The notes under the pieces: model-generated
Database searches by the model: none
The model's input: the letters and a program-made list of their open reading frames with translations, nothing else
Told to the model about the DNA's origin: nothing
Assembly: GCA_025362355.1 (NCBI GenBank)
Contig: JANYGT010000122.1
Coordinates: forward strand, 1-58,018
DNA from: Lacisediminihabitans sp.
Lineage (GTDB): Bacteria > Actinomycetota > Actinomycetes > Actinomycetales > Microbacteriaceae
Length of the DNA stretch: 58,018 bases
Reading direction: 5' to 3'
Program-made: the position numbers and the translations under genes
Shown: positions 27,888-38,364 of the stretch, in pieces
Numbering within the stretch: the first letter of the stretch is position 1
Layout of the letters: each line of letters opens with the position of its first letter

Positions 27888-28235
27888 TCAGCCGAGCACG
27901 GAAAGTTGAGCGACCATCGCGTCCGGCTCGTCGGTTCCGATCACGAATTCGTCGAACTCGGTGTCCTCGAGGCGGACCACCACCCCGCGCGGGTGCCCGT
28001 GATGAACGACGACGAAAGACTTCTTCCCTGACCACCTGATCGTCCCCACGACGAGAACGCCGGGGATGCCCGTTCCCGTGCGGATTCCGTGCACCTCGCC
28101 GAGCGCGTCTTCGACGACGGTGACCGACCGCACGGCGCTCAGCGGAACTCGGATATCGCCGTGGATGCCCTCGAGCTTCTCCTCGGCGGTGAGTTCGAGA
28201 ACGAGCTGGTCGCCCTCCGTTTTCAGCTCAGCCAC
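27888..28235 (-). CDS. Small hypothetical protein (PH-like beta fold possible)
   Basis: SD GGAGG before GTG 28235. GIRTGTGIPGVLVVGT motif. Confidence 0.7.
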   Translation of the reverse strand: MAELKTEGDQLVLELTAEEKLEGIHGDIRVPLSAVRSVTVVEDALGEVHGIRTGTGIPGVLVVGTIRWSGKKSFVVVHHGHPRGVVVRLEDTEFDEFVIGTDEPDAMVAQLSVLG

Positions 28236-28360
28236 GCGACCTCCCTCGACTTTCGACCAGAGTATCGCCCTGCGGTATTTCAGCGCATCGCCGGCAGACC
28301 TGACCCGTAGCCTGTGGATAGTCGGCACCGAGGTTGCCTCCGGTCGCCCACACTGTGGCC

Positions 28361-29593
28361 ATGTCGCGAGCGCTTTCGATCATCACCGAGCAGGTGCGGG
28401 AGCGGGTTCGCCGTGACGGTGTCGATATCGGCAGCGACCATGCCCTCGCCGACCGGTATGTTCGCGATGAGGTGCAGCGCTACAGTGAGCGCGCTCTGGG
28501 CGGCACGCTGCCGATGCTGCCCGATGAGCATGAGGCAACTCGGCAGATCGTCGCCACGATCACCGGATTCGGGGCGCTCCAGCCGTTCTTCGACGACGCT
28601 GAGGTCGAGGAGATCTGGATCAACTCCCCGACCAAGATCTTCATCGCCCGCAACGGCGTACCGGAACTCACGACCGTGCAGCTCACCGATTCGCAGGTGC
28701 GGGATCTCGTCGAGCGGATGCTGCAGTCCTCCGGTCGCCGCGTCGACCTGAGCTCGCCCTTCGTGGATGCGTCCCTGCCCGACGGATCGCGGCTGCACGT
28801 CGTCATTCCTGACGTGACGCTCCGCCACTGGTCGGTCAACATCCGCAAGTTCACCCAGCGCATCCGCGATCTGCATCGACTCGTCGCACTCGGCTCCCTC
28901 ACACACCAGGGAGCCGAGTTTTTGCGGATGTGCGTGCTCTCGGGGCAGAACATCCTCGTGTCGGGAGCCACCCAGAGCGGCAAGACGACGATGCTGAACG
29001 CCCTGCTCTCGTCTGCCCGCCCGGGCGAGCGGATCGTCACCGTCGAGGAGACTTTCGAACTCGACCTCTCGGCCAGGGATACCGTGGCGATGCAGTGTCG
29101 TCAGCCCAGCCTCGAGGGGACCGGCGAGATCAGTCTGCGTCGACTCATCAAGGAAGCCCTGCGGATGCGCCCCGACCGGCTCGTCGTCGGCGAGGTGCGC
29201 GAGGCCGAGTCGCTCGACCTGCTGATCGCGCTGAACAGCGGGCTGCCCGGCATGTGTTCGATCCACGCGAACGGTGCGCGCGATGCGCTCGCGAAACTCT
29301 GCACGCTCCCACTTCTCGCAGGCCGCAATATCGACTCGTCGTTTGTGATTCCGACGGTCGCATCATCCGTCGACATCGTCGTGCACTGCGAGCTCGATCG
29401 CGGCGGCCAGCGTCGGGTGACCGAGATCGTCGCGCCGAGCGGCCAGGTCACGGCGGGCGTCATCGAGGCCAGCACGGTCTTCTCGATGAGGCGGGGCGTG
29501 CTGCATGCGACGGGCAGTTATCCGACGAAGACGACGAAATTCGAGGCAAGCGGATTCGACCTCTCCTCGGTGCTCTCGAGGGGGGAGTCATGA
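28361..29593 (+). CDS. tadA: Tad pilus assembly ATPase (CpaF/TadA)
   Basis: [39 protein letters not shown]. Confidence 0.93.
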   Translation: MSRALSIITEQVRERVRRDGVDIGSDHALADRYVRDEVQRYSERALGGTLPMLPDEHEATRQIVATITGFGALQPFFDDAEVEEIWINSPTKIFIARNGVPELTTVQLTDSQVRDLVERMLQSSGRRVDLSSPFVDASLPDGSRLHVVIPDVTLRHWSVNIRKFTQRIRDLHRLVALGSLTHQGAEFLRMCVLSGQNILVSGATQSGKTTMLNALLSSARPGERIVTVEETFELDLSARDTVAMQCRQPSLEGTGEISLRRLIKEALRMRPDRLVVGEVREAESLDLLIALNSGLPGMCSIHANGARDALAKLCTLPLLAGRNIDSSFVIPTVASSVDIVVHCELDRGGQRRVTEIVAPSGQVTAGVIEASTVFSMRRGVLHATGSYPTKTTKFEASGFDLSSVLSRGES

Positions 29594-30456
29594 CCCTCGC
29601 GCTCGGACTGCTGCTCGGGGTGGGGGTCGTGCTGCTGTCGTCGCCATTCCTGTGGCCGGCGGGGCGCAGCATCCGCTCGCAGCGATGGCACGGACCTACC
29701 GACCTGCTGGCCGAACGGCTCTCCCAGGCTGGAATGGCATCCGTTTCGGTCACCGCCCTGATCGTGGTGTCCGCAGTCTGCGGTGTGGCTGTCGCGGCAA
29801 TCTGTTTCGCGATCGTGCCCGTCGTGGCGATCGCGATCATCAGCGGGCTCAGCGCGCTCGCACTCCCGACGGCGCTCGTCACCTGGCGTGCTCGCTCCCG
29901 GCGACGGGCGACCAGGGTGCTCTGGCCGGATGTTGTCGACCACCTGGTCTCGGCGGCGCGCTCCGGCCTCGCCCTTCCCGACAGCGTCGTGACTCTCGCA
30001 CACTCCGGGCCAGTCGGCACGCGGCCCGCATTCGCCGCTTTCGAAAGCGACTACCGGGCAACGGGCAACTTCGCCCGCTGCATCGATGAACTGAAGAACA
30101 GCCTCGCGGATCCTGTCGCCGACCGCATCCTCGAAACGCTTCGGATGTCACGCGAGGTGGGCGGGAGCGAACTCACGACGGTGCTACGCAACCTCTCCTC
30201 CTACCTGAGGCAGGAGGCCGCGATCCGCGCCGAGGTCGAGGCGCGGCAGTCCTGGGTGCTGAACGCGGCGAAGCTCGGGGCCGCAGCGCCGTGGATCATC
30301 CTGCTGCTGCTCGCCACGCGGCCGGAAGCTGCGGCCGCCTACAACACGACCGCCGGAGCCGTGCTCATCGTCGGGGGGCTGTTCGTGACGGCGGTCGCAT
30401 ATCGCATCATGCTCGGTATCGGCCACATCCCGGAAGAGCGCCGATGGTTCAGCTGA
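29590..30456 (+). CDS. tadB: Tad pilus inner membrane protein TadB (T2SS F family)
   Basis: WPDVVDHLVSAARSGLAL, GGSELTTVL, TM pairs. ATGA overlap with tadA. Confidence 0.85.
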   Translation: MTLALGLLLGVGVVLLSSPFLWPAGRSIRSQRWHGPTDLLAERLSQAGMASVSVTALIVVSAVCGVAVAAICFAIVPVVAIAIISGLSALALPTALVTWRARSRRRATRVLWPDVVDHLVSAARSGLALPDSVVTLAHSGPVGTRPAFAAFESDYRATGNFARCIDELKNSLADPVADRILETLRMSREVGGSELTTVLRNLSSYLRQEAAIRAEVEARQSWVLNAAKLGAAAPWIILLLLATRPEAAAAYNTTAGAVLIVGGLFVTAVAYRIMLGIGHIPEERRWFS

Positions 30457-31391
30457 CCCCGCTCGCTGCCTGGGGAGTGCTCTGCGGTCTCGGTCTCGGC
30501 CTCGGGCTGTGGGCGCTCGCGAGTCTCGTGCCGAGGCTCAGCCGACCGCGGCTGATCGATCGTGTCGCCCCCTACCTCGTGGATGTCTCGGACGGCGCTC
30601 GGGAGCTGCTCGCTCGACGCACCGTCGATCCGCTTCCCGTGTTCGGAGCCCTCCTCGCGCCATTCATCTCCACCGCGCGCGACGGGCTCGGTCGACTGCT
30701 CGGAGGCGGCTCGACAGTCGAGACCCGCCTCCGCCAGTCGGCGAGCGACCTCGGCGTCGAAGGGTTTCGATCGCGACAGTTGGTCTGGGCGGTGTGCGGT
30801 GCCGTCGTCGGAGTCGTTGCGGCCGTCGCTATCTCGCGGGTGCACTCCGTGCCCCCGGTGCTTTCCGTGATGATCGTCGTGCTCGCGGGCATCAGCGGAG
30901 TCGCGCTCCGTGACTATCTGCTGCAGCGCTCGGCGAGGGCGCGGGTCATCCGCATCACGAGCGAGTTGCCGACGGTGCTCGAGTTTCTGACGTTGAGCCT
31001 TTCGGCCGGAGAGGGCATCCTCGATGCCATCCGGAGGGTCGCCCGCGCGAGCCATGGCGAACTCGCCGGGGAACTGGCGGGCGTCATCTCCACCGTCAAC
31101 ACCGGACGACCGCTCGCCGAATCGCTCACCGGCCTTGCCGATTCCCTGCAGATCGCGCCACTGTCGCGGGTCGTCGACCAGATCACCGGAGCGCTCGAGC
31201 GGGGAACGCCGTTGGCCGAAGTGTTGCGTGCCCAGGCCCAGGATGCGCGTGACGAGGCGAAGCGCGACCTTCTCGAGGTCGCCGGCAAGAAGGAAGTCGC
31301 CATGCTCGTCCCCCTGGTGTTTTTGATTTTGCCCATGACCATCGTGTTCGCGATCTTTCCTGGGATCGTCGTGCTGCGGATGGGGTTCTGA
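30444..31391 (+). CDS. tadC: Tad pilus inner membrane protein TadC (T2SS F family)
   Basis: ELPTVLEFLTLSLSAGE, ERGTPLAEVL, MLVPLVFLILP. Confidence 0.85.
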   Translation: MVQLTPLAAWGVLCGLGLGLGLWALASLVPRLSRPRLIDRVAPYLVDVSDGARELLARRTVDPLPVFGALLAPFISTARDGLGRLLGGGSTVETRLRQSASDLGVEGFRSRQLVWAVCGAVVGVVAAVAISRVHSVPPVLSVMIVVLAGISGVALRDYLLQRSARARVIRITSELPTVLEFLTLSLSAGEGILDAIRRVARASHGELAGELAGVISTVNTGRPLAESLTGLADSLQIAPLSRVVDQITGALERGTPLAEVLRAQAQDARDEAKRDLLEVAGKKEVAMLVPLVFLILPMTIVFAIFPGIVVLRMGF

Positions 31392-31417
31392 TGCGTCAGC
31401 CACCGGCAAGAGGAGAA

Positions 31418-31624
31418 ATGATGTTCGTTCTGAAATGGATGGTGAGCGCCGTTGCAGTCTCACGGCAGCGTCTTTCGTGGGTGCGAGATGAACGCGGCGA
31501 CGTGCCGGGATGGGTGCTCATAACGCTGATGACGGCAGGCTTGGTCGTCATCATCTGGGCGCTCGCCGGGCCGGCGTTGAGCGGAGTCTTCCAGCAGGCC
31601 ATCGAACGCGTCACGGGATTCTGA
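31418..31624 (+). CDS. Flp-like major pilin
   Basis: SD AGGAG, DERG|DVPGW followed by one hydrophobic helix, position directly after tadC. Confidence 0.75.
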   Translation: MMFVLKWMVSAVAVSRQRLSWVRDERGDVPGWVLITLMTAGLVVIIWALAGPALSGVFQQAIERVTGF

Positions 31625-31628
31625 CTTC

Positions 31629-32030
31629 ATGCTGCCGCTGCGCCGGATGCATCGCGACGATTCCGGGTCGGCACCGGCCGAGTTCGTGATGGTCGGCGCA
31701 CTGCTGACGGTACTCACGCTCTCGGTGATGCAGCTCGGACTGGCGCTGCACATCCGTAACACCGTTCTCGACGCGGCATCCGAGGGCGCACGATTCGGGG
31801 CCCTCGCCGACAACCGCCTCGGGGACGGGGTGCAGCGCACCCGCGATCTGATCACCAGCGCGCTCGGAGCGGGGTACGCGGCCGACGTGACCGCGTCGTA
31901 TGGGACGTATCTCGGGCATCCGTCCGCGGTCGTCATCGTGCGAACGCCTCTTCCGCTGATCGGGCTGGTCGGCATCGACGGTGGCCTGGAGGTGAGCGGG
32001 CATGCGTCGGTCGAGACTCTCGATCGTTAG
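31629..32030 (+). CDS. TadE-like pseudopilin
   Basis: DDSG|SAPAEF prepilin motif, AASEGAR. Confidence 0.85.
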   Translation: MLPLRRMHRDDSGSAPAEFVMVGALLTVLTLSVMQLGLALHIRNTVLDAASEGARFGALADNRLGDGVQRTRDLITSALGAGYAADVTASYGTYLGHPSAVVIVRTPLPLIGLVGIDGGLEVSGHASVETLDR

Positions 32031-32481
32031 GCGACTGGCCACTCGAATGTCCGACGAGAGCGGCTCGGCATCGCTCGAATTCATCACCGCCGGGCTGATC
32101 CTGCTGCTGCCCCTCGTCTACCTCGTGCTCACGATGTCGGCGCTGCAGGCCGGATCGTTCGCCGTCGAGGGGGCTGCCCGTCAGGGGGTTCGGGTCTTCG
32201 TGCAGGCCCGCACGGTCGAGCAGGCGAAGGCCGAGGCAGTGCGCGCGGTCGATTTCGCGCTCGCCGACTACGGACTCAGCGGCGCGGATGCGACCGTCGT
32301 CGTCACCTGCACACCGCACCCCCGCGACTGCCTCACCCGGCTCGGGCAGGTCACCATGTCGGTATCCGTGCGCGTCGCACTACCGCTCACGCCGCCGGTG
32401 CTGACACTCGACGTTCCGCTCGGGGTCACGCTCAGCGCGACGTCGACAGAGCAGGTCTCGCGATTCGCGGGGTCGCGATGA
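32002..32481 (+). CDS. TadE-like pseudopilin
   Basis: DESG|SASLEF prepilin motif, GAARQG. Confidence 0.82.
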   Translation: MRRSRLSIVRRLATRMSDESGSASLEFITAGLILLLPLVYLVLTMSALQAGSFAVEGAARQGVRVFVQARTVEQAKAEAVRAVDFALADYGLSGADATVVVTCTPHPRDCLTRLGQVTMSVSVRVALPLTPPVLTLDVPLGVTLSATSTEQVSRFAGSR

Positions 32482-32933
32482 TCCGCCGATTCCAGCGGTT
32501 GCGATCGCAGGATCCGGAGGAGGGTTCGACCCTTCCGCTCATCATCTTCTACGGTTTTCTGTCGCTCGTGCTGATCTTGCTCGTGGTCTCGGCGACGTCG
32601 CTCTATCTCGAACGCAAGCGCCTGTTCACGGTCGCGGATGGCGCGGCCCTCGTCGGCGCGGAAGCCTTCGATCTCGACACCGTCGCCGTCACCCCCGACG
32701 GACCGCGCCCGGTGCTCACCCCGCAGCAGGTTGCCCTCGCCGTGCGCACCTACCTCGCCGACTCCCCGAAGAACGAGTTCGAGTCCCTCTCGCTCGACGA
32801 CGCGACGACGGTCGACGGTCGAAGCGCCACCGTGTCGCTCTCGGCGCACTGGCGTCCGCCGGTGCTGTCACTGCTGGTGCCGGAGGGGCTGCGCATCGAC
32901 GTGACAGCGGTTGCGCGGTCGGTGTTCTTCTAG
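32478..32933 (+). CDS. TadG-like pilus assembly protein
   Basis: EEG|STLPL, hydrophobic helix, LFTVADGAALVGA. Confidence 0.78.
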   Translation: MIRRFQRLRSQDPEEGSTLPLIIFYGFLSLVLILLVVSATSLYLERKRLFTVADGAALVGAEAFDLDTVAVTPDGPRPVLTPQQVALAVRTYLADSPKNEFESLSLDDATTVDGRSATVSLSAHWRPPVLSLLVPEGLRIDVTAVARSVFF

Positions 32934-32935
32934 CC

Positions 32936-33085
32936 GCGGCGGTTGATCGGGTGCGGCGGGTTACGGCTGGCTGCGGCGGTTTCCGCTGGCTTTCGCGGGT
33001 TCCGCTGGCTGCGGCGAGGGACCCGGTTATCGCTTGAGGGACCCCTTCCCGCGGGGGTCCCTGGCGCCATAGCTGGAGCTATGGC
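32936..33085. repeat. Intergenic degenerate 17-20-bp tandem repeat followed by two hairpins
   Basis: Units GCGGCGG(G/T)T..GCTGGCT start at 32936, 32953, 32973, 32992 and 33011. IRs AGGGACCCC/GGGGTCCCT (33037-33062) and GCCATAGCT-GG-AGCTATGGC (33066-33085). Confidence 0.65.
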
Positions 33086-33123
33086 TGACGGGAGGGAGTG
33101 CTACGCGCGGGTAGCGTTGTGGC

Positions 33124-34341
33124 GTGCCCGAATTCGCCGACCAGCCCTGGGATGTGGTGGTCGTCGGCGCGGGTCCCGCTGGGTCGTCCGCGGCACGGGT
33201 CGCCGCCGAGCGGGGAGCGAGCGTGCTGTTGCTCGACCGGGCTAAATTTCCGCGCTACAAGACCTGCGGCGGCGGACTGATCGGCATCTCGCTCGAGTAC
33301 GTGCCGGCATCCGTGCTCGAAACCGTCGAGCAGCGCGCGACCAGGGTGCGCTTCACCCTGCGCGGACGCTCCGCCAACACGCACCGCTCGCGCGTCCCGT
33401 TCCTCGGCCTCGTGCAGCGGGATCGCTTCGACCAGGCCCTGGTGGATGCCGCGGTCGCCGCCGGGGTGCGTTTTGTAGACGGCGTCACCGTCAGGAGCAT
33501 CGAGGAGACGGATGACGGCGTCACGCTGTCGGCGAGCGGCGGCGACATCCGCGGCCCGGGCGACACCAGCGCTTCGGACGAGTCCGATGCTTCGGACACC
33601 CGGCGCGCTCCGGTCGACATCCGCGGCCCGGGCGACATCCGCGCGCGCATCGTCATCGGCGCCGACGGCGCCGGCGGACGCATCGGACGCTACGTCGGCG
33701 TGACCGCAGGCGGCGTCGATCTCGCCCTCGAGCACGAGATCGTGCGTCCGAACGACGGCCGGGGCTGGCACGACCGCGTCTTCCTCGACTGGGGAGCCGA
33801 CGCCGGAACCTACGCGTGGATGTTCCCGAAGACGGAAACCCTGACGGTCGGCGTCATCCAGGCGAAGGGATCACCGGATGCCACCCGCGCCTACCTCGAT
33901 CGCTACGTCGACCAGCTCGGGCTTTCGGGTGCGGACATCACTCGCTCGTCCGGACATCTCGCGCAGTGGCGCACCCCCGACTCCCCGCTTCGGCGTGGGC
34001 GCGTGATCGTCGTCGGCGACGCCGCCGCCCTGCTCGATCCGTTCACGAGGGAGGGCATCTCGTTCGCGCTGCGGTCGGGAACGTGGGCAGGGGACGCCGC
34101 GGCATCCGGCGACCTGGACAGATATGTGCATCGCGTCGAGAGGGAACTCGGTGCCGAGATCAGCGCCAGTGCGCGGCTGCTGCACCTCTTCGAACGTCGC
34201 CCAGCGCTGGTGCACGCGATGCTGAGCTACACGATCGTCGGCCCACAGATCTTCCTGCGCATCTGCCGCGGGTCGCTGTCGGTCGCGCAACTGTTCCGGA
34301 CGCCGGTGGCGCGGGTGCTGCTGCGCGTCCTGCGCCGCTGA
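33124..34341 (+). CDS. Geranylgeranyl reductase family FAD-dependent oxidoreductase
   Basis: VVGAGPAGS, FPRYKTCGGG, IGADG, YAWMFPK, VGDAAALLDPFTREGI. Confidence 0.9.
   Translation: MPEFADQPWDVVVVGAGPAGSSAARVAAERGASVLLLDRAKFPRYKTCGGGLIGISLEYVPASVLETVEQRATRVRFTLRGRSANTHRSRVPFLGLVQRDRFDQALVDAAVAAGVRFVDGVTVRSIEETDDGVTLSASGGDIRGPGDTSASDESDASDTRRAPVDIRGPGDIRARIVIGADGAGGRIGRYVGVTAGGVDLALEHEIVRPNDGRGWHDRVFLDWGADAGTYAWMFPKTETLTVGVIQAKGSPDATRAYLDRYVDQLGLSGADITRSSGHLAQWRTPDSPLRRGRVIVVGDAAALLDPFTREGISFALRSGTWAGDAAASGDLDRYVHRVERELGAEISASARLLHLFERRPALVHAMLSYTIVGPQIFLRICRGSLSVAQLFRTPVARVLLRVLRR
33541..33648 (+). repeat. In-frame 18-bp minisatellite (6 degenerate units) inside the reductase
   Basis: GDIRGP GDTSAS DESDAS DTRRAP VDIRGP GDIRAR. 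GGCGACATCCGCG occurs at 33541 and 33631. Confidence 0.8.
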
Positions 34342-34383
34342 CGACGGTGGACCGCATCGCACGCCGGTAGGCTTGACGGCGAC

Positions 34384-35490
34384 ATGGACGAGCTCGATTT
34401 TTCTGAACAGATCGCTGCGCTTCGCTCGACCTTCGGAGACATCCGCTCCGTCATCGGCGTCGAGAAGCTCGAGGCGGAGATCGCCGACCTCAGCGAGCAA
34501 GCAGGGGTTCCCGACCTCTGGGACGACCCCGACAAGGCGCAGAAGGTCACCTCGAACCTGAGTCACCGGCAGTCCGAGCTGGCGAAGGTCAACAGCATCC
34601 AGAGCAGGCTCGACGACCTCGAGATCATGGTCGAGCTGGCGAACGAGGAAGCGGATGTCGCTGCCGCAACCGAGGCGCGCGCCGAACTGGAGGCGATCCA
34701 GAAGGTGCTCGGCGAGCTCGAGGCGCAGACGCTGCTGAACGGCGAGTGGGACGCACATCCGGCCGTCATCACCATCCGCGCCGGCGCCGGGGGAGTGGAT
34801 GCCGCGGACTTCGCCGAGATGCTGCAGCGCATGTATCTCCGCTGGGCGGAGCAGCACGGCTACCCGGCGACCGTCATGGACACGAGCTACGCAGAGGAGG
34901 CCGGCATCAAGTCGACGACCTTCGAGATCAACGCGCCCTACGCCTTCGGAACGCTCGGCGTCGAGGCCGGTACGCACCGCCTCGTTCGCATGAGCCCGTT
35001 CAACTCGGCGGGCAAACGCCAGACCAGTTTCGCGGCGGTCGAGGTCATCCCCCTGATCGAGGAGGCCGGCGCGATCGAGGTGCCGGAGAGCGACATCCGG
35101 GTGGATGTCTTCCGCTCGAGTGGCCCGGGCGGCCAGTCCGTCAACACGACAGACTCCGCCGTTCGGCTGACCCATCTCCCGACCGGCCTCGTCGTGTCGA
35201 TGCAGAATGAGAAGAGCCAGATCCAGAACCGGGCGGCCGCGATGCGGGTTCTGCAGAGCCGGCTGCTGATCATGCAGCGAGAGCAGGAGGCCGCGGCGAA
35301 GAAGGAACTGGCCGGCGTCATCACCGCGAGCTGGGGCGACCAGATGCGCAGTTACGTTCTTGCGCCGTACCAGATGGTGAAAGATCTGCGAACGGACTAC
35401 GAGGTCAACAACCCCACCGCGGTGTTCGACGGCGACCTCGACGGCTTCATCAACGCCGGCATCAAGTGGAGGAAGCGCGACAAAGAGTAA
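34384..35490 (+). CDS. prfB: Peptide chain release factor 2 (single continuous ORF)
   Basis: SPF tripeptide, [33 protein letters not shown]. Confidence 0.98.
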   Translation: MDELDFSEQIAALRSTFGDIRSVIGVEKLEAEIADLSEQAGVPDLWDDPDKAQKVTSNLSHRQSELAKVNSIQSRLDDLEIMVELANEEADVAAATEARAELEAIQKVLGELEAQTLLNGEWDAHPAVITIRAGAGGVDAADFAEMLQRMYLRWAEQHGYPATVMDTSYAEEAGIKSTTFEINAPYAFGTLGVEAGTHRLVRMSPFNSAGKRQTSFAAVEVIPLIEEAGAIEVPESDIRVDVFRSSGPGGQSVNTTDSAVRLTHLPTGLVVSMQNEKSQIQNRAAAMRVLQSRLLIMQREQEAAAKKELAGVITASWGDQMRSYVLAPYQMVKDLRTDYEVNNPTAVFDGDLDGFINAGIKWRKRDKE

Positions 35491-35995
35491 CGACCGACGT
35501 TCCGCAGAGCCGGTCGTACGGCGTTCTTCCCTGGCCGATGAACAGAGAAACGACGTATGCGACCGGCATTATGTATGCGATCGCGGTGAGTAGCCAGACC
35601 GCGGTCGGGACAGTGGATGTCGCGCTCGCCAGCACGATCGCGAAGACAGCTGCATGACCGATCACCCACGGTAGGGCGATTTTCAGCGAATTGCGCGCGA
35701 GCGCCCGGCGAAAGCTGATCCGACGCCGGGTCACCGAGTCCACCACCGTCAGACGCCGGAGGCGTTTGCCCGGCGTGGCACTGCGCGCACCTGACTCGAA
35801 TCGGGCGAGAGCAACGGTGACGGGAACGACGAGCACCGCCGTCGCAATCAGGTTCGATACGAGCGCTGGAACATCCCTGGTGATCCCCGACAGGTAGAGC
35901 GGGATGCCGATGGCCGCGATGCCTGCGACAAAGACAGCGATGCACAGCCAGTCGATCACCCACGCCGACAGGCGGTTCCACGGAAGACGCGTCAT
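35462..35995 (-). CDS. RDD family membrane protein
   Basis: [33 protein letters not shown]. Confidence 0.8.
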   Translation of the reverse strand: MTRLPWNRLSAWVIDWLCIAVFVAGIAAIGIPLYLSGITRDVPALVSNLIATAVLVVPVTVALARFESGARSATPGKRLRRLTVVDSVTRRRISFRRALARNSLKIALPWVIGHAAVFAIVLASATSTVPTAVWLLTAIAYIMPVAYVVSLFIGQGRTPYDRLCGTSVVTLCRASST

Positions 35996-36062
35996 TGCGC
36001 CGAGACTATCGTCGAGTATCCGGAGCTTGAACCCGGGGCCACGACCGACTAGACCGGTAACC

Positions 36063-36419
36063 ATGCTCACCCTCGGATCGGTTGTTCTCGGGGTCGACGA
36101 CGTCGACCGTGCGAAAGCCTTCTGGATGTCGGCGCTCGGCTGGCAGCCGACCTCGCCTGGTGACGAGACCTGGGTGATACTTCAGGCGACGGACGGCTCG
36201 GGCCGCCGCCTCTCGCTCGGGTTGAGTGATTCGCCGGTGCAGCAGCATCCGCGGATTCATCTCGACCTGTACGCCGACGACCAGCGCGCCGAGATCGAAC
36301 GACTGCTCGCACTCGGGGCGAGCGAGGTGGACTGGGACCTATATCCGCAGGATCCCGACTTCGTCGTGCTCGCCGACACCGAGGGCAATCGGTTCTGCGT
36401 GATCGATAAGGGCGAGTAG
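36063..36419 (+). CDS. VOC/glyoxalase-like protein
   Basis: RAKAFWMSALGW, RIHLDL, VVLADTEGNRFCV. Confidence 0.88.
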   Translation: MLTLGSVVLGVDDVDRAKAFWMSALGWQPTSPGDETWVILQATDGSGRRLSLGLSDSPVQQHPRIHLDLYADDQRAEIERLLALGASEVDWDLYPQDPDFVVLADTEGNRFCVIDKGE

Positions 36420-36510
36420 TCGCGCTCACGGCGGATTCATAATGTCCGACCCGGGCAAACCGCCTGTCGTTCGCGGCGATCCGGTGGCGGCTGCCTAGAG
36501 TCGAAGCGCC

Positions 36511-37278
36511 ATGATTCGCTTTGACCAGGTAACCAAGCTCTACAAGGGCAACGCGCGGCCGGCGCTCAATTCGGTCACACTGGAGATCCTCCGCGGGGAG
36601 TTCGTCTTCCTCGTCGGCGCGTCCGGAAGTGGCAAGTCGAGCTTCCTCAGACTCGTGCTGAAGGAGGAGAACCCGAGCAGGGGCGAGATCCACGTGCTCG
36701 GCCAGAACATCGGGCGCCTCGCGAGCCGCAAGGTCCCCTACTTCCGCCGCAACCTCGGCGTCGTCTTCCAGGATTTCCGCCTCCTCCCGCAGAAGAACGT
36801 CTTCGACAACGTCGCCTTCACGCTGCAGGTCATCGGCAAGTCGAAGGGTTTCATCCAGGAAGCGGTTCCGGATGTGTTGAAGATGGTGGGACTCGCCGGC
36901 AAGACCAATCGGCTCCCGCACGAGCTCTCCGGCGGTGAGCAGCAGCGCGTGGCCATCGCCCGCGCCATCGTGAACAAGCCGGCCATCCTGCTCGCCGACG
37001 AGCCGACCGGAAACCTGGATCCCTCGACATCCGCCGGCATCATGTCGCTGCTCGAGCGCATCAGCCAGAGCGGAACGACGGTGATCATGGCCACCCACGA
37101 CGCCGGAATCGTCGACCAGATGCAGCGCCGGGTGATCGAACTGGTCAGCGGCCAGGTGGTTCGGGATGAACGCCAGGGCGGCTACCAGACCCAGACCGTG
37201 CCGATCCAGGCGTTCGCCACCACGCCGGGCGCCTACCGCGACCTCGGGATCGCCGGCCAGTCGGAGGAGACCCGATGA
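36511..37278 (+). CDS. ftsE: Cell division ATP-binding protein FtsE
   Basis: [40 protein letters not shown]. Confidence 0.96.
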   Translation: MIRFDQVTKLYKGNARPALNSVTLEILRGEFVFLVGASGSGKSSFLRLVLKEENPSRGEIHVLGQNIGRLASRKVPYFRRNLGVVFQDFRLLPQKNVFDNVAFTLQVIGKSKGFIQEAVPDVLKMVGLAGKTNRLPHELSGGEQQRVAIARAIVNKPAILLADEPTGNLDPSTSAGIMSLLERISQSGTTVIMATHDAGIVDQMQRRVIELVSGQVVRDERQGGYQTQTVPIQAFATTPGAYRDLGIAGQSEETR

Positions 37279-38189
37279 GGCTCGGACTGGTGATGTCCGA
37301 GGTCGGAACCGGCCTGCGACGCAACGTCTCGATGGTCGTGGCGGTGGTGCTGGTCACGTTCATCTCCCTCACGTTCGTCGGCGCCGCGATTCTGCTGCAA
37401 TTCCAGATCAACCAGATGAAGGGGTACTGGTACGACAAGGCGCAGGTCGCGATCTACATGTGCGTCGGATCCGATCCGGTCGCCAAGTGCAATCTCGCCG
37501 AGGCGACCAAAGACCAGAAGGCCGCCGTGGAGGCCCAGCTGACCTCACCGGCGCTCGCCGGCCTCGTGAAGACGGCCACTTTCCAGGACCACAACCAGGT
37601 CTATGCGACCTACAAGGCCAGCTTCAGCGACAACAACACCGCCGATTTCGTCACTCCCGCGAACCTTCCGGAGACGTTCTATGTGAATCTGAAGGACCCA
37701 AGCCAGTCGGATGCCGTGATCGAGTCGATCTCCGGCCTCGCCGGCGTCGAACAGGTCGTCGACCAGCGCAAGTACCTCGACCCGATCTTCTCCGCACTGA
37801 ACGCCGCGAGCTTCACTGCGGTCGGCATCGCATCGCTGATGCTCGTCGCTGCCGTGTTGCTCATCGCCACCACCATCCGGCTCTCCGCGTTCTCGAGGCG
37901 GCGCGAGCTCGGCATCATGAGGCTGGTCGGTGCCTCGAATCGCTTCATCCAGACTCCCTTCATCATCGAGGGGGTGGTTGCCGCGCTCATCGGATCGGGT
38001 CTCGCCTGCGTCGCGATCGTCGCGCTGGTCAAATTCTTCGTGCAGGGGTATCTCGCCGGGCGGGCTCAGGGTGTCGCGCTGGTCGGGATGCACGATGTCG
38101 CGATCGTCGTGCCCGTGCTGCTTGTCGTGGGTGCGGTGCTCGCCGCGGCATCGGCGAGCGTCGCGATCGGTCGCTACCTGAAGGTGTAG
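37275..38189 (+). CDS. ftsX: Cell division permease FtsX
   Basis: [30 protein letters not shown], follows ftsE. Confidence 0.95.
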   Translation: MRLGLVMSEVGTGLRRNVSMVVAVVLVTFISLTFVGAAILLQFQINQMKGYWYDKAQVAIYMCVGSDPVAKCNLAEATKDQKAAVEAQLTSPALAGLVKTATFQDHNQVYATYKASFSDNNTADFVTPANLPETFYVNLKDPSQSDAVIESISGLAGVEQVVDQRKYLDPIFSALNAASFTAVGIASLMLVAAVLLIATTIRLSAFSRRRELGIMRLVGASNRFIQTPFIIEGVVAALIGSGLACVAIVALVKFFVQGYLAGRAQGVALVGMHDVAIVVPVLLVVGAVLAAASASVAIGRYLKV

Positions 38190-38283
38190 CTCCGCCGATT
38201 TCGCCAAAACGGGGGTGTGGGCGCGCGACAACCCCCTATATGACGCAATCGGCGTGCTGCGGTGGTGCGAGATCTGGCGGAGC
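38189..38283. repeat. ~95-bp element bounded by imperfect inverted repeats
   Basis: GCTCCGCCGATTTCGC ... GCGAGATCTGGCGGAGC, with an internal GGGGGT/ACCCCC stem. Confidence 0.5.
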
Positions 38284-38364
38284 CCGGTGAAACGCTTGGG
38301 ACAACTCGCCGGAAGCAACCCTGCGCGCTAGGCTCCGGTTTGTGTACAGGGGCGCGCAATCGGA

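Noticed and set aside
28313-28321. DnaA-box-like TGTGGATAG upstream of tadA
   Set aside because: Single 8/9 match, no cluster and no dnaA context.
32936-33030. Tandem units considered as a CRISPR array
   Set aside because: Short, degenerate, no unique spacers and no cas genes.
34384-34500. Programmed +1 frameshift in prfB
   Set aside because: The ORF is continuous with no CTT-TGA site, which is normal for Actinobacteria.
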